Below are positions 38,700 to 51,169 of a stretch of 64,000 nucleotides of DNA, piece after piece (within the stretch, counting starts at the first letter, position 1; each line of letters begins with the position of its first letter). This DNA comes from Octopus sinensis (Eukaryota): the NCBI RefSeq assembly GCF_006345805.1, contig NC_042998.1, positions 33,294,001 to 33,358,000 on the forward strand. The letters run 5' to 3'. Position numbers and translations under genes: made by a program. The notes below the pieces were generated by a model, which was given only the letters and a program-made list of their open reading frames with translations, did not search any database and had not been told where the DNA came from.

Positions 38700-39270
38700 T
38701 AAACGATGAAATTATAAAAAAAATTGCTGGGAATGTGATTACGTTGAGAAACGTAGACTCGGTGGCAGAAGAAAATCAAAGTCTTCTTTGTCCCACAGAA
38801 TTTTTTAATTCTCTAAATATAAGGGGTCTGCCCTTCACATAATAAAATCAAGATGCGAGCTCCATTATTACTTCTCCAAAACTTAGACAACAGAAATGGC
38901 CGCTGCAATACATAGTCCTCAATGCTCTTAACAATTTACTGACCATCAGCAAACTCGGCGACGTTGACGTTGGAAGAATGTTCATGATTCGCGGATTTGC
39001 CTTCAACCGTCTGACATTGAATAACCGTTCATTCTAGAAAAAATTGCAATTTCTTATAAGGCCCACTTTTGTTGTGTCGATAAAGGAAAATTCAAGGAAA
39101 AAATGTAAAGTGGTGCGAAGTGTATTTCCCAACTTCACTATTCACACGAAACAATTTATATGCTCCTCACAGCAGAGCGGTTGGACTAACATACCTGAGA
39201 TTATTTGCAGGTGAAGAAACAATTCAACCGCACAGATTAGGAATGTTATCAAAGGAGAAGTCATCAACGT
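38700..39270 (+). pseudogene. Helitron PIF1-like helicase C-terminal relic
   Basis: Across frames: PTEFFNSLNIRGLP, RAPLLLLQNLDNRNGRCN, QPSDIE*PFILE, LQFLIRPTFVVSI, RNVIKGEVI. Confidence 0.8.
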
Positions 39271-39879
39271 AAATGTAACAACTAAGTCTGCAAAATATAA
39301 AAGGAAATATCTCATGAATAAACGCTTTTAGTTAAATAATATTGGTTCCAAATTTTGGCAATGGGTCGGCAATTTCGAGGAAGGGGGCTGAATAGATTAC
39401 ATCGATCCCAGTGATCGACTATTTTTATAGACTCCGAAAGGATGTAAAACAAAGCCGCCCTCGGTGGAATTTGAACTCAGAACTTACGTTCTGAGTGGAC
39501 GAAGTGCCGCTAAGCATTTTTGTTCGACGCAGCAACGATTCTGCCAACTCACCGCCTTTTTTACTTCGATAATATTAAAAGATTATTCAAGACTTTTGCT
39601 GATATTTCCTCAATTAAAAAGGACAAATATCAGTTAAAAGAAGCCCGTCGTGTATACATATACGTATGTGTGTGTGTGTGTGTGTTTGTTTGTGTCGCCC
39701 ACCATCGCTTGACAACTGGTGTTGGTGTGTTTACGTTCCAGTAACCTAGCGGTTCGGCAAAAGACACCGATAGAATAAGCACCAAACTTTAAAAATTTCT
39801 GGAATCGATTCATTCGACTAAAATCTTTCAAGGCACTACCCCAGTATGGCCGCAGTCTGATGCCTGAAACAAGTAAAAG

Positions 39880-40680
39880 TTACTGGTTTCGAATTTTGGC
39901 ACAAGGCCAGCAAGTTCGGGAAGTGGCGGGAGGCAGTCGATTACATCGAACCTAGTGCCCAGCTGGTACGTATTCTATCAACCCCCCTAAAACATGTAAA
40001 GGATAAGAGGCAAAAGTGACCTCGGCGGAATTTGAACTCAAAGCACAAAGACGTGAGAAATGCCCGGCTTGCTAACGATTCTTTTCTACTGTAGGTACAA
40101 GGCCCGAAATTTTTTTCTGGGGTGGGGTGGTAGTCGATTAGATCGTCCCAAGTACGCAACTGGTACTTAATTTATCGACTTCGAAAGGATGAAAGGCAAA
40201 GTCGACCTCGGCGGAATTTGAACTCAGAACGTAGCGGCAGACGAAATATCCATTTCTTTATTGCCCACAAGGGGCTAAACACAGAGGGGACAAACACGGA
40301 CAGACAAAGGGATTAAGTCAATTACATCGACCCCAGTGCGTAACTGGTACTTATTTAATCTACCCCGAAAGGATGAAAGGCAAAGTCGACCTCGGCGGAA
40401 TTTGAACTCAGAACATAACGGCAGACGAAATATCTATTTCTTTATTGCCCACAAGGGGCTAAACACAGAGGGGACAAACAAGGACAGACAAACGGATTAA
40501 GTCAATTGCATCGACTCCAGTGCGTAACTGGTACTTAATTTATCGACCCCGAAAGAATGAAAGGCAAAGTCGACCTCGGTGGAATTTGAACTCAGAACGT
40601 AGCGGCAGACGAAATATCGCTAAGTATTTCGCCCGGCATGAAAACGTTTAGCATGCCAACGATTCTGTCAGATCACTGAC
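39880..40680 (-). mobile_element. Meta-like SINE multimer (about 4 units)
   Basis: ~190-bp units reiterated near 40140, 40330, 40520. Confidence 0.85.
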
Positions 40681-40874
40681 CTAGAAGAATTTACATTGCA
40701 AATTTCCTTTAATACGGTACGATTTCATTGCTGCTACATAAATTATTGTGTATTTATGTTAATTTTATAGCAACTTTAAATGGACAACGAGTGCAGATAA
40801 GTTGTTTTCAAACATTATATGAAAAAAAAATAAAAGATATATATTCTTGTCAAATTCATTACTCGACAGGTGCA

Positions 40875-41480
40875 CGCGTAATGGCCCAGTGGTTAGGGCA
40901 GCGGACTCGCGGTTGTAGGATCACGATCTCGATTCCTAGACCGGGTGTTGTGAATGTTTATTGAGCAAAAACATTTAAAGCTCCACGAGGCTCCAGCAGG
41001 GGGGGGGCAACCCTGCTGTACTCTTTCACCACAACTTTCACACTTTCTTCTTGCTTCTGTTTTTCTGTATTTCAAAGGGCCATCCTTGTCGCACTCTGTG
41101 TCACACTGAATCTCACCGAGAACTACGTTAAGGGTACACATGTCTGTGGAGAAGGTGGTGAGCTGGCAGAATCGTTAGCACGCCGGGCGAAATGCGTAGC
41201 CGTATTTCGTCTGCCGTTACGTTCTGAGTTCAAATTCCACCGAGGTCGACTTTGCCTTTCATCCTTTCGGCATCGATTAAATAAGTACCAGTTACGCACT
41301 GGGGTCGATGTAATCGACTTAATCCGTTTGTCTGTCCTTGTTTGTCCCCTCTGCGTTTAGCCCCTTGTGGGTAGTAAAGAAATAGGTACACATGTCTGTC
41401 GAGTGCTCAGCCACTTGCACGTTAATTTCACGAGCAGGCTGTTCCGTTGATTGGCTGTTCCAACAGAGTGCCACGATTAC
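40875..41480 (+). mobile_element. OR-type SINE interrupted by a Meta-like SINE
   Basis: GGTACACATGTCTGT duplicated at 41133-41147 and 41385-41399. Confidence 0.85.
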
Positions 41481-42423
41481 TCCACATCTTTGAAATATTT
41501 TTCTTTTACCGGTTCAGTCATTTGACTTTGGCCATGATGGGATACCAATTTCGAGAATTTTTAGTTGAACGACTGGACCGCAGTACATATTTTGTAAAGC
41601 TTAGTACTTATTCTATCGGTCTCTTTAGCCGAACTAAGTTATGGAGACGTAAACAAACCACACTGGTTGTCAAGTGGTGGTGGGGGAGAAGGCGGCGAGC
41701 TGGCAGAAACGTTAGCACGCCGGGCGAACTGCGTAGCCGTATTTCGTCTGCCGTTACGTTGTGAGTTCAAATTCCGCAGAGGTCGACTTTGCCTTTCAGC
41801 CTTTCGGGGTCGATTAAATATGTACCAGTTACTCACTGGGGTCGATATAATCGACTTAATCTGTGTGTCTGTCCTTGTTTGTCCCCTTTGTGTTTAGCCC
41901 CTTGTGGGTAGTAAAGAAATAGGTGGGGGAGAAACACTGGCACAGACCCACACATGTATATCCATATATATACAAATATACGACGGGCTTCTTTTTGTTT
42001 CCATCTACCAAATCCACCTACAAGGCTTTGGTCGGCCTGAAGTCACTTGCCCAAGATGCCACACGGTGGAACTGAACCCGGAACCATGTAGCTTGGAAAC
42101 AAACTTCTTGCCATACAGTCACATCTATCGATGGTGTGATATAATTTAATATTAAGGCGGCGAACTGGCAGAAATGCTAGCATGCCGGGTGAAATGCTTA
42201 ACAGTATTTCGTCTGTCTTTACGGTTTGAGTTCAAATTACGCCGAGGTCGACTTTGTCTTTCATCTTTTAGTGGGGTCAATAAATTAAGTACCAGTACTG
42301 GGGTCGATCCAATCAACTGATCCCCCTCCCAAAAATTTCGGGCTTTGCGCCTAGAGTAGAAAAGGATATAATTTCATATTTTAGAAAATGTAGACAGCGA
42401 ATAGATTTCCAAGATATATGATC

Positions 42424-42887
42424 TGCTTTGTCTACAAAAGCTCTGCTTCTCTTAAGGCAAAAAAAAAATGTATCTGCTTCTCTATTTCTCGTTATAACTC
42501 GAGCCAATGAGGAAACCCCAGCTAGGCCGCCCGACAGCCAGTCCTCCATAAAATCACACTCTACAGTATGTATGTAGTTCTACATAACCCTGAAAGTAGT
42601 GAAGTTTTTAATGTAGGATTTTGTGATGGGAAACAGCTATTGTTACTATCATTGTTGTTTAACCCCAAGTAATTTGTGACAGAACAGACCTGTGATCAAG
42701 TACATCTTGACACTTTCAGGGTTATATAGAACTGCATAAATGCAGTAGGGTATGATTTCATGGAGAAATGTCTGTCGAGCGGCCTAGCAGGGGTTACCTC
42801 ATTGGCTTTGAGTTATATTGAGAAAAGGAGAAGCAGATACATTTTTCTTTTGTCTTCAGAGAAGCAGGGATTTTGTAAACAAAGCAT
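42424..42887. mobile_element. ~460-bp MITE with ~190-bp TIRs
   Basis: TGTATCTGCTTC..GCCAATGAGG.AACCCC.GCTAGGCCGC..ACCCTGAAAGT mirrored on the right. Confidence 0.75.
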
Positions 42888-43724
42888 TAGACACAGTTTG
42901 TCGATAGGCTAAATGTCATGACACGAATGAAGGCATGCTTACTAATCGCTAGACTATTTTCGAACTTACCTTCATGAAAAATTCTAGAAATGTAAGCCGA
43001 ACTCTAATGCAGATAGCACTTACATCTCGTAGAATGCCAGCCACTAGTAAGATCTGAGATATTTTCTAGCCTTTAAGTGGAGAAAGGACTAACCTTTTGA
43101 GAGTTAGTTTTAGCAACACTGTTAAAGTGTTGCTGCTATTTAAGGGTTTTCGAGATGAAGTATAGCAGTTAAAAAGCTATTTAAGTTTGTAGATGTATTT
43201 CATGGGTTTACGTATTTTTCTTTGATTCGTAAACTGGGTATGTTTTGGTCGTATTGTGGGACATAATGCTGGGGATGTTTTAAGCGCTCTGTTTCGTAGA
43301 AGAGAAGCTCTAACACGTCTAGGCTACGGCTGAATAAGAATCTATACGAGAGGCTGTCGAGGTAGGTGTCTGTAGGAGTGCGTTTGGTTAGAAGTAACAG
43401 CCAGAAGATCGTTTATATTTTAAAAATTGCAGAGAAACATCACAGATTCCTGTGTGCACTATATTCGAGAAAGAGGAAAGAGAAGAAAGTGCATCTCGTC
43501 AGCCCACGATGTGAGGTAGCACTTCATGATAATGCTTCTACTGTAATTCTAAAATGGGAGAGACTATTAGCGAGTAAGATTTCCATCAGATCAAACTCTG
43601 CTGGTGATTACGGAAAGAGAGGATGATAAAGAAGTTGATTGTTCACGATTTCTTTTATCAGTTGGGTCGTTGGGATGAATGAGGTAGACTTGGCACTTGA
43701 CATGGTGACAGAAGCTGCTTTTCT

Positions 43725-44135
43725 TGGCGGCGAGCTGGCAGAAACGTTAGCACGCCGGGCAAAATGCTTAGCGGTATCTCTTCTGCCGTTACGTTCTGAG
43801 TTCAAATTCCGCCGAGGTCGACTTTGCCTTTCATCCTTTCGGGGTCGATAAATTAAGTACCAAGTTACGCGCTGGGGTCGATATAATCGACTTAATCCGT
43901 TTGTCTGTCCTTGTTTGTCCCCTGTGTTTTTAGCCCCTTGTGGGTAGTAAAGAAATAGGTATTTCGTCTGTCTTTACGTCCTGAGTTCAAATTCTACCGA
44001 GGTCGACTTTGCCTTTCATCCTTTCGGGATCAATTAAATAAGTACCAATAAATAAGTAATAATCGACTTAATCCCTTTGTCTGTCCTTGTTTGTCCCCTC
44101 TGTGTGTAGCCCCTTGCGGGCAGTAAAGAAATAAG
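43725..44135 (+). mobile_element. Meta-like SINE dimer
   Basis: One head, two body units. Confidence 0.85.
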
Positions 44136-44176
44136 AAGTTGCTTTTCTTGAGGACTACTGATAGAATAAATTCTTA

Positions 44177-44301
44177 TAGGAGGGATGCATGAAAAGTTGA
44201 GCCCTCAAGGCCTTTGAACCCTGAAGTCTTGTACCTTCATCAGAAGTTTTGTACCATATTTTGCTTTTTTGAGGCTCAAGACTTTTCATACACCCCTCGT
44301 A
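44177..44301. mobile_element. 125-bp mariner-type MITE
   Basis: TAGGAGGGATGCATGAAAAGT / ACTTTTCATACACCCCTCGTA, TA ends. Confidence 0.75.
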
Positions 44302-45315
44302 AAGGGTGTATAGAGGAAGGAGAAAGGGAGAGAAAGAGTATGAGGTCAATGATAGGAAAGTTTGGAACACACTGTTGGAATTAATCGCTGGAAAATGTGA
44401 AGAATTGACGAATTGCTGGGTTAAAGTGAGTAGAGATGTTTTAACACTTTGTGACTAAAACGCATAAAGATTCGAAATATGTGAGGTTTAGGACGTGGTA
44501 TGGGAGAGCATTTTGCTCTGCTTATATGAAATGTAATTAATAGTAAATGTGTTGAGTTTATCTGCATGTCGGCTGCTAACACACGCTTCGCTACCTAAAA
44601 CACAGAAAATAGTCTCGTGGGAGTAGTTTTGCTTGTCGGTTATATGTATCACACAGACGTAACACAAGTATTAAATATATTTTCCTTATTTGGTGAAAGA
44701 GGGAGAAGAGGGCAATGAAAACAGGAACCCATCACTCTTCTCAATTCATATCGGATTCAAATTCTGACACGAGGCCAGCAAAAACCGGAGGACGGGTAAG
44801 TCGATTATTTTAACTCCAGTACTCAATTGGTATTTAATTTATCGACCCCGAAAGGATGAAAGCCAAAGTCAACCTTGACGGAATTTGAACTCAGAACATA
44901 AAGACGGGCGAAATGCCGCTAAGCACATTTTGGCTGGCCTACCAACGATTTTTTTTTTCCTAATCTAGGCACAAGGCCCGAAATTTTGGAGATGGGGGCC
45001 AGTCGATTACATCTGGTACTCAACTGGTACTTAATTTATTGACCCGGAAAGGATGAAAAGCAAAATCGACCTCGGCGGAATTTAAACTCAGAACATAAAG
45101 ACAGACGAAATGCCGCTCAGCATTTTGCCTAGCCTACCAACGATTCTGACAGCTCGCTGCTATTAACTCTCCAGTATTAGCTGATGAATCGAAGAAATCA
45201 ATGTATAGCTATATTTATAAGGACGGGTGCTTATGGAGAAAAGTGGAGCAGCCTCAGGAATTTCCAGAAAGCAAAAGTTCCTGTAGAGGAAAAATTAACA
45301 CTGTCATTTGTTAAT

Positions 45316-45499
45316 ACAGTTCCATATTTGAGAAATGAGGAATTATGTACATTATTTGCGTTTGACGGATATTTGTCCTCATATTGCTTGTTGTTAACGC
45401 AATGTTTTGGCTGATAAACCCTCCAGCCTTCATCAGGTGTCTTGGGGAAATTTCGAACCTGGGTTCTCGTTCCTAAGGTATATTTGGATGTTGCTACTG

Positions 45500-45549
<50 letters not shown>

Positions 45550-45856
45550 ATCACTGCTGGGAATCGAACTCGGAATCTTGGGATTAGTATCCCGCGCTCT
45601 TAACCACTATGCCATATGCCCGTAGACCTAGTGGTTAAGAGCGCGGGCTAGAAACCCCAAGATTCCGAGTTCGATTCCAGGCGGTGACCTGAATAATAAT
45701 AATAATAATAATAACATCGAAAATACCTTAGGAATGAGAACCCAGGTTTGAAATTTCCCCAAGACACCTGATGAAGGCTGGAGGGTATATCAGCCGAAAC
45801 GTTGTGTTAACAACAAACAAGATGAGGACAAATATCCGTCAAATGTAAATAATGTT
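45316..45856. mobile_element. Palindromic tRNA-head/hammerhead retroposon, locus C (most complete)
   Basis: ~270-bp inverted arms; decayed TSD CTGTCATTTGTTAAT (45301-45315) / CTGTCATTAGTGTAT (45857-45871). Confidence 0.9.
45763..45808 (+). ncRNA. Minimal type-I hammerhead ribozyme, intact core
   Basis: Identical to 25510-25555; predicted cleavage after 45803 (GUU). Confidence 0.8.
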
Positions 45857-46242
45857 CTGTCATTAGTGTATCTTAAGATAGGGATTCAAGTAAATGCAGA
45901 ACAGTTGTACATACTTTAAGAGTGCAGTGAAACATAATACACATCGTATTAAGAGTTAATATACATTGCTGAAACTATTTCTGCAAAATGCAATTTTAGA
46001 AATATGTACTTTAATAAGAAAAGTGGGTAAAGTTAATCGGGAAGGGAAGACTGACTTGAAATTCCTTCCTCGCAAAATTATTTCAATGCTATCAGCATAC
46101 ATCAAGAAATAAAAATAAAAAAGAGCCTCTGCAGAATTTCACTCAAAAATATGCCTTTTTAGAAAAGTTTAAGGCGGAAGAAATTCGATAGGGTGCCAAA
46201 TTGTAAATACGCTATTGTAGCTGAAGTATCAAGCGTTGCCAA

Positions 46243-47090
46243 GGCGGCGAGCTGGCAGAGACGTTAGCGCGCCGGGCGAAATGCTTAGCAGTATTTCGTC
46301 TGCCATTACGTTCTGAGTTCAAATTCCGCCGAGGTCGACTTTGCCTTTACCCTTTCGGGGTCGATTAAATACGTACCAGTTACGCACTGGGGTCGATACA
46401 ATCGACTTAATCTCCCTTTGTCTGTCCTTGTTTGTTCCCTCTACGTTTAGCTCCTTGTGGGCAATAAAGAAATAAATATATTTCTTGGGTAAGGCGGCGA
46501 GCTGGCAGAAACGTTAGCACGCCGGGCGAAATGCGTAGCCGTATTTTGTCTGCCGCTACGTTCTGAGTTCAAATTCCGCCGAGGTCGACTTTGCCCTTCA
46601 TCCTTTTGGGGTCGATAAATTAAGTACCAGTTACGCACTGGGGTCGATATAATCGACTTAATCCGTTTGTCTGTCCTTGTTTGTCCTCTCTGTGTTTGGC
46701 CCCTTGTGGGTAGTAAAGAAATAGGTATTTCGTAGGCGCTACGTTCTGAGTTCAAATTCCGCCGAGGTCAACTTAGCCTTTCATCCTTGACTCAGATCAA
46801 CAAAAGATATTTCGGCTTGTAAAAACGTGTGCGTGTGTGTGTGTGTGTGTGTGTTGTTGTTGTTGTTGTTGTTGTTCCTAATACATATCTTCAAATAAAT
46901 AGGCAAGCTGCCAGAATCGTTAGCACGCCGAGCAGAATGCCTAGCGACACTTCGCCGATCTTTACATTCTGGGTTCAAATTCCACCGAGGTTGACTTTAC
47001 CTTTCCTATTTCGGGGTCAATAAAAATAAATACCAGACAAGCACTGGGGTCGATTTAATTGACATCGCCCTTCCCCTCGAAATTGCTGGG
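46243..47090 (+). mobile_element. Cluster of Meta-like SINEs
   Basis: Heads at ~46243, ~46493, ~46905. Confidence 0.8.
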
Positions 47091-47554
47091 GATTTGAAAC
47101 CGGTATGTTGTCTACGCATATTTACACTTACGCACTGGCACGCTCAGGTTCGATGCTGCGAACTGGGTAAATAAAACTCAACAATAAAAACTATAGCAGA
47201 TTTGTGCTTTTCATGTAACTGTAGCATTATTTAACTCCAGCTGACAATTTGTTAGCTGTTTACAGAAGTATAATTTCATATTTAATGGGGTTGTGGACAA
47301 AAGAGACAGTGTTTTTAGCTGACGAAACGGAACAGAGCTGAAACGGATGCGTCCTACGTACGATCTAATGACGTCACTCACAACCCAAAACAAAATGTGA
47401 GTTTATACAAGTCTTGGTGCAGAATTTCTCCTGGGATTATTCTTGCAGCACTCAAGTCTTATCGCAGCCGATTTCAATTGAACGTGTTAAACACGACTTG
47501 ACATAATTAATATTTTATCCAAAGCTGCTTCATCCAACATTAATTTTATAAACA

Positions 47555-47967
47555 TACTAGCAGCTAAGCCCGGTTTCACCCGGTCTGTTTGGATGATGTG
47601 GCTGTGATCGTTTTCGATTAGGCATTATCTTTAACAGCCTTTGTCAACCTTATCATCTAGGGTCCCCTGTTTCGATTGGAGCCTCCAGTTGTATGAGAAT
47701 TTCCTAACCCCACCCCGTCAAAAAACACCTTCTAAGCAACTGGTTGTTTTAATGGCAGAAGAAAGAGGGAAATTCCATTAGCAAAAGTTTTAATCGATTT
47801 TCTCGATAAGTATGGGGGTTAGCAAAAAAATACAAACTGCATTCCAATCTATGCACCTGTCTCCACATATGTGCCACTTTTTAAGCGAATCCACCCCGCA
47901 GTTTGGCTGTGAACCTCAAGACAAGAAAGAAAACAACGATCGGCCATGTCCAATTTATATTATAGAA
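47555..47967 (-). mobile_element. Non-autonomous Helitron-like element, family C
   Basis: Minus strand starts TCTATAATATAAATT, ends hairpin CCGGGTGAAACCGGG then CTAG|T. Confidence 0.65.
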
Positions 47968-48206
47968 TACATACATATGTATGCATGCGTACATACATGC
48001 AGGGTTGGTGTGTTGTGTTTTTGAGTAAAACACTTTATTTTACGTTGTCCTGCGATCACTTCGACATCTGACGCGTGGTGCACTGGGTGCCTGTTCAGAC
48101 AACGTTGATTTGATGAAGAGAGTGATCTCATGTACAGAACATGCATTTGATCACTATAAACAAATTACCTGTACAGGTCGTCACCGACAAGACTTTCCAT
48201 CACGTA

Positions 48207-48850
48207 TACTAGGTCTGATCAGTAAGTATCCGGACTGTTGCCATAGTAACGAACCTAAAAAACTCAGCGTAAAGCCGCTCGGCAGAGACTGACCTTAAAC
48301 TCTGCTGTGCATGCACACTAAGTTTTAACGTTCTAACTCACTTCTGCTGCTTACAGCAGTGCTTGGAAGGAAGGTGTGTGGCATGTGATCGTCGCATTGA
48401 CCAATACCTGCTCAGAGGCTTACGCAAAGTTTTCAAAAAGTTTTCATCTTCCCAACACAATCAAGAAGATCTTGTAAAACTGAAACTCGAGTGTATTTTT
48501 GGTCAGCTGAAAGTAGTTTTGGCACAAAGTTGGCAGACACGCGTCTCATACCAAACTCTTCAGTGATAATAATGGACTGAACTGAACTATAACTAATCTG
48601 CACTGCGATGTTTTGCTCAGTTCTGCTGGTTGCAGAACGTTCGTTAATATCGACATTTTTTCGATCATCTTGTAAACGTCTGAATCACTCGTACGCTTGT
48701 GTGCGGCTCATACACTCCTCTCCATACACTTTCTACAGCTTGGCGCAGGCATCTGAGCAGATATCTCCATGACAACTTTCTCCGCCATGGTCAATGCGAT
48801 GACCACACGCTACACACCTTCCTTCCAAGCACATACCTTGTGCTTGGAAG
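48207..48850. mobile_element. Mariner-derived foldback element (partial)
   Basis: TIR TACTAGGTCTGATCAGTAAGTATCCGGACTGTTGCC; same family as 53747-54610. Confidence 0.7.
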
Positions 48851-49661
48851 GAAGGGGGCCCCAGTACCTGTAGATACCCGAGTTAATTGCCCTCTGCGCA
48901 CCCCTATAAATCTGGTCCTGATACACAGTTTTTTGGGGGGTGGTTTTCTTTCAGATGTAAAACCATGATTACCATCATAATTAAACGCCTTGCTCGACCG
49001 TTGCCTTCATCCATATTTTTTCGTTTGCAGATTATTCCTCCAAAACTATTCTTATTAATCTTGCTTTTCGGTCTTTTTTCTCTCATCAACACTATCTATT
49101 CTTTCCCATTCTCCGCATTATTATCTTTTTTTGAAATCTTATCTTTTATGTTTTTTCTATTTCCTCGTACTTTTTTTTTTATTTCTATGCTTTTTATTTT
49201 TTTTTTCTATAATCTTATTTCTCTATTCTTATCTTTTCCTTGCTCTCATCTTCTCTCCCATTTTTAATTTTTTTTTTTATTCTACTCTTTTGTCAAATCA
49301 CTTTTCCCTTCTACGTTTCTCTAATGTTCATGATTGCTTACCTCTAAACAAGCACATCGGATTTACAATGCTTGGACCATTTCATCAAGTGAAGCGAACG
49401 TCACCCAAATGAATGTGTAATGGTTTTGCTATTGTTTCATGAAAGTACGAAATGGAAGAAACTAGGTAAAAAAAAAAAAAGCGATGGAGATAAGAAAGAA
49501 AAAGTAAAGAGAATGTCAAAATGGTTTTTAAGTTAAATTCGCAGACTTTTGGAATAGCCGTCACAAATAAAATAGGATTGTTTGTAACTTCTTATTACCC
49601 AGAGTGGTAAAATAAAATACTTTCAAAATTATTCATCATATGATAGATAACATTCTACTTC

Positions 49662-50165
49662 TATGTTGGTGCATAATTATTGCAGCTTTTTTTTTTTCAA
49701 TAAATTTTATTCAGCAAAAACAATAACACTTAACAAAAACTTATGTAAATAATTATTCCGGAGCATATTCACCATCTACTTCAATTACTGCTTCCCAGAC
49801 CGTCATTTAAAGATGTTTTTGTTAAATATTGTTACTGTTTTTGTTGACTATAATTTGTTGAAAAACAAAAAGCCGCAATAATTATGCACCAACCCTATCT
49901 ATCTATCTATTGGATTGGTGCATAATTATTGCAGTTTTTTTTTCTCAATAAATTTTATTAAAAAAAACAATAAAAATATTTAACAAAAACATCTTTAAAT
50001 GATTATTCCGGAGCATATTCACCATCTTCTTCAATTACTGCTTCCCATATGCTTGGCAGCCGGTCGGAATAATCATTTAAAGATGTTTTTGTTAAATATT
50101 GTTACTGTTTTTATTGAATAGAATTTGTTGAAAAAAAGCCGCAATAATTATGCACCAACCCAATA
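49662..50165. mobile_element. Two tandem mariner-type MITEs (49662-49897, 49908-50165)
   Basis: TIR TATTGG(G/A)TTGGTGCATAATTATTGC / GCAATAATTATGCACCAACCCAATA. Confidence 0.85.
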
Positions 50166-50257
50166 TTTATGATACTTAATCCAACATCGAAATCTTAACT
50201 TGTTTTTACTTAATTTCAGATTCGAACATCAAGATATTAATTTTAAAATCAATTGGT

Positions 50258-50449
50258 ATGATCAAAGGCAAAAAGGTGCTGTTGTTTTGCATTCTGAGCG
50301 TTGTCATATACATAGTGTTCATCCACAATATATCGCGGAAACCTTTTCAAGCACAACTTAGGCTTAAAGGCAATAACAAAAAAATTGACATCGTTGAATT
50401 AAGGAGACACCAACTTCAGATTACCAAAGAAAATGATCTCATTGAAAGA
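50258..50449 (+). CDS. CHST15: Carbohydrate sulfotransferase 15-like, first coding exon (type II signal-anchor)
   Basis: Acceptor TTTCAG at 50219, ATG 50258, MIKGKKVLLFCILSVVIYIVFI.., donor GTAAGT at 50450, phase 0 matching next exon. Confidence 0.7.
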
Positions 50450-51169
50450 GTAAGTAATATCCTTCGTTTTGTTTTGATTAACTGTGCGTGATCGTTATCT
50501 GCGTTGCCTTACTGGCACTAGTGCTGGTGGCACGTGAAAAAAACATTCGAGCGAGGTCGTTGCCAGTGCCGCTGGACTGGCTCCTGTGCAGGTGGCACGT
50601 AAAAAGCACCATTTGAGCGTGGCCATTGCCAGTACCGCCTGACTGGCCCTCGTGCCGGTGGCACGTAAAAGCACCCACTACACTCTCGGAGTGGTTGGCG
50701 TTAGGAAGGGCATCCAGCTGTAGAAACTCTGCCAGATCAGATTGGAGTCTGGTGCAGCCACCTGGTTCGCCAGTCCTCAGTCAAATTGTCCAACCCATGC
50801 TAGCATGGAAAGCAGACATTAAACGATGAGGATGATGATGTGCTAGATCCATGTAATAAAAGCTCATACCGGTGTCACGAATAAAGCACCTGTGCCGGTG
50901 CCACGTATAAAGCACAAATGCTGGTAAACACAACCAGTACCATGCAAAGTGACTGGAATTAGGGTTAGGGCATTCAGGTGTAGAAATCATGCCAGGACAC
51001 ACAGTTGGAACCTGGTGTCTCTCTTCAACTTGCCAGCTGCTGTCAAACCGTCCAACTCAAACCAGCATGGAAAGCAGATGTTAAATGATGATGATGATGG
51101 TGGTGGTGGTGATGGTGATGACAGACGACGCTGGCGGCGGCAGCAGTGGTGGTGGCGACGACGATGATA

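Larger units (their letters stand above)
42900..44620 (-). pseudogene. Highly decayed LINE RT relic, interrupted by SINE array and MITE
   Basis: Minus-strand remnants ..INDLLAVTSNQTHSY.D.. and ..NHQ.. matching the RT QG/YADD region; boundaries approximate. Confidence 0.5.

Noticed and set aside
40140-40640. Regularly spaced repeats resembling a CRISPR array
   Set aside because: Units are ~190-bp SINE bodies without unique spacers; eukaryotic context; no cas genes.
48887-49412. Hydrophobic 126-aa and 93-aa ORFs resembling membrane proteins
   Set aside because: T-rich low-complexity sequence; no motifs or splice support.
50258-50491. 77-aa standalone small protein
   Set aside because: Better explained as an exon ending at the GTAAGT donor at 50450, in phase with the 55072 exon.
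50660-50740. HDV-like ribozyme in the RTE-related SINE
   Set aside because: I could not fold P1/P3/P1.1 by eye on either strand; needs a descriptor search.
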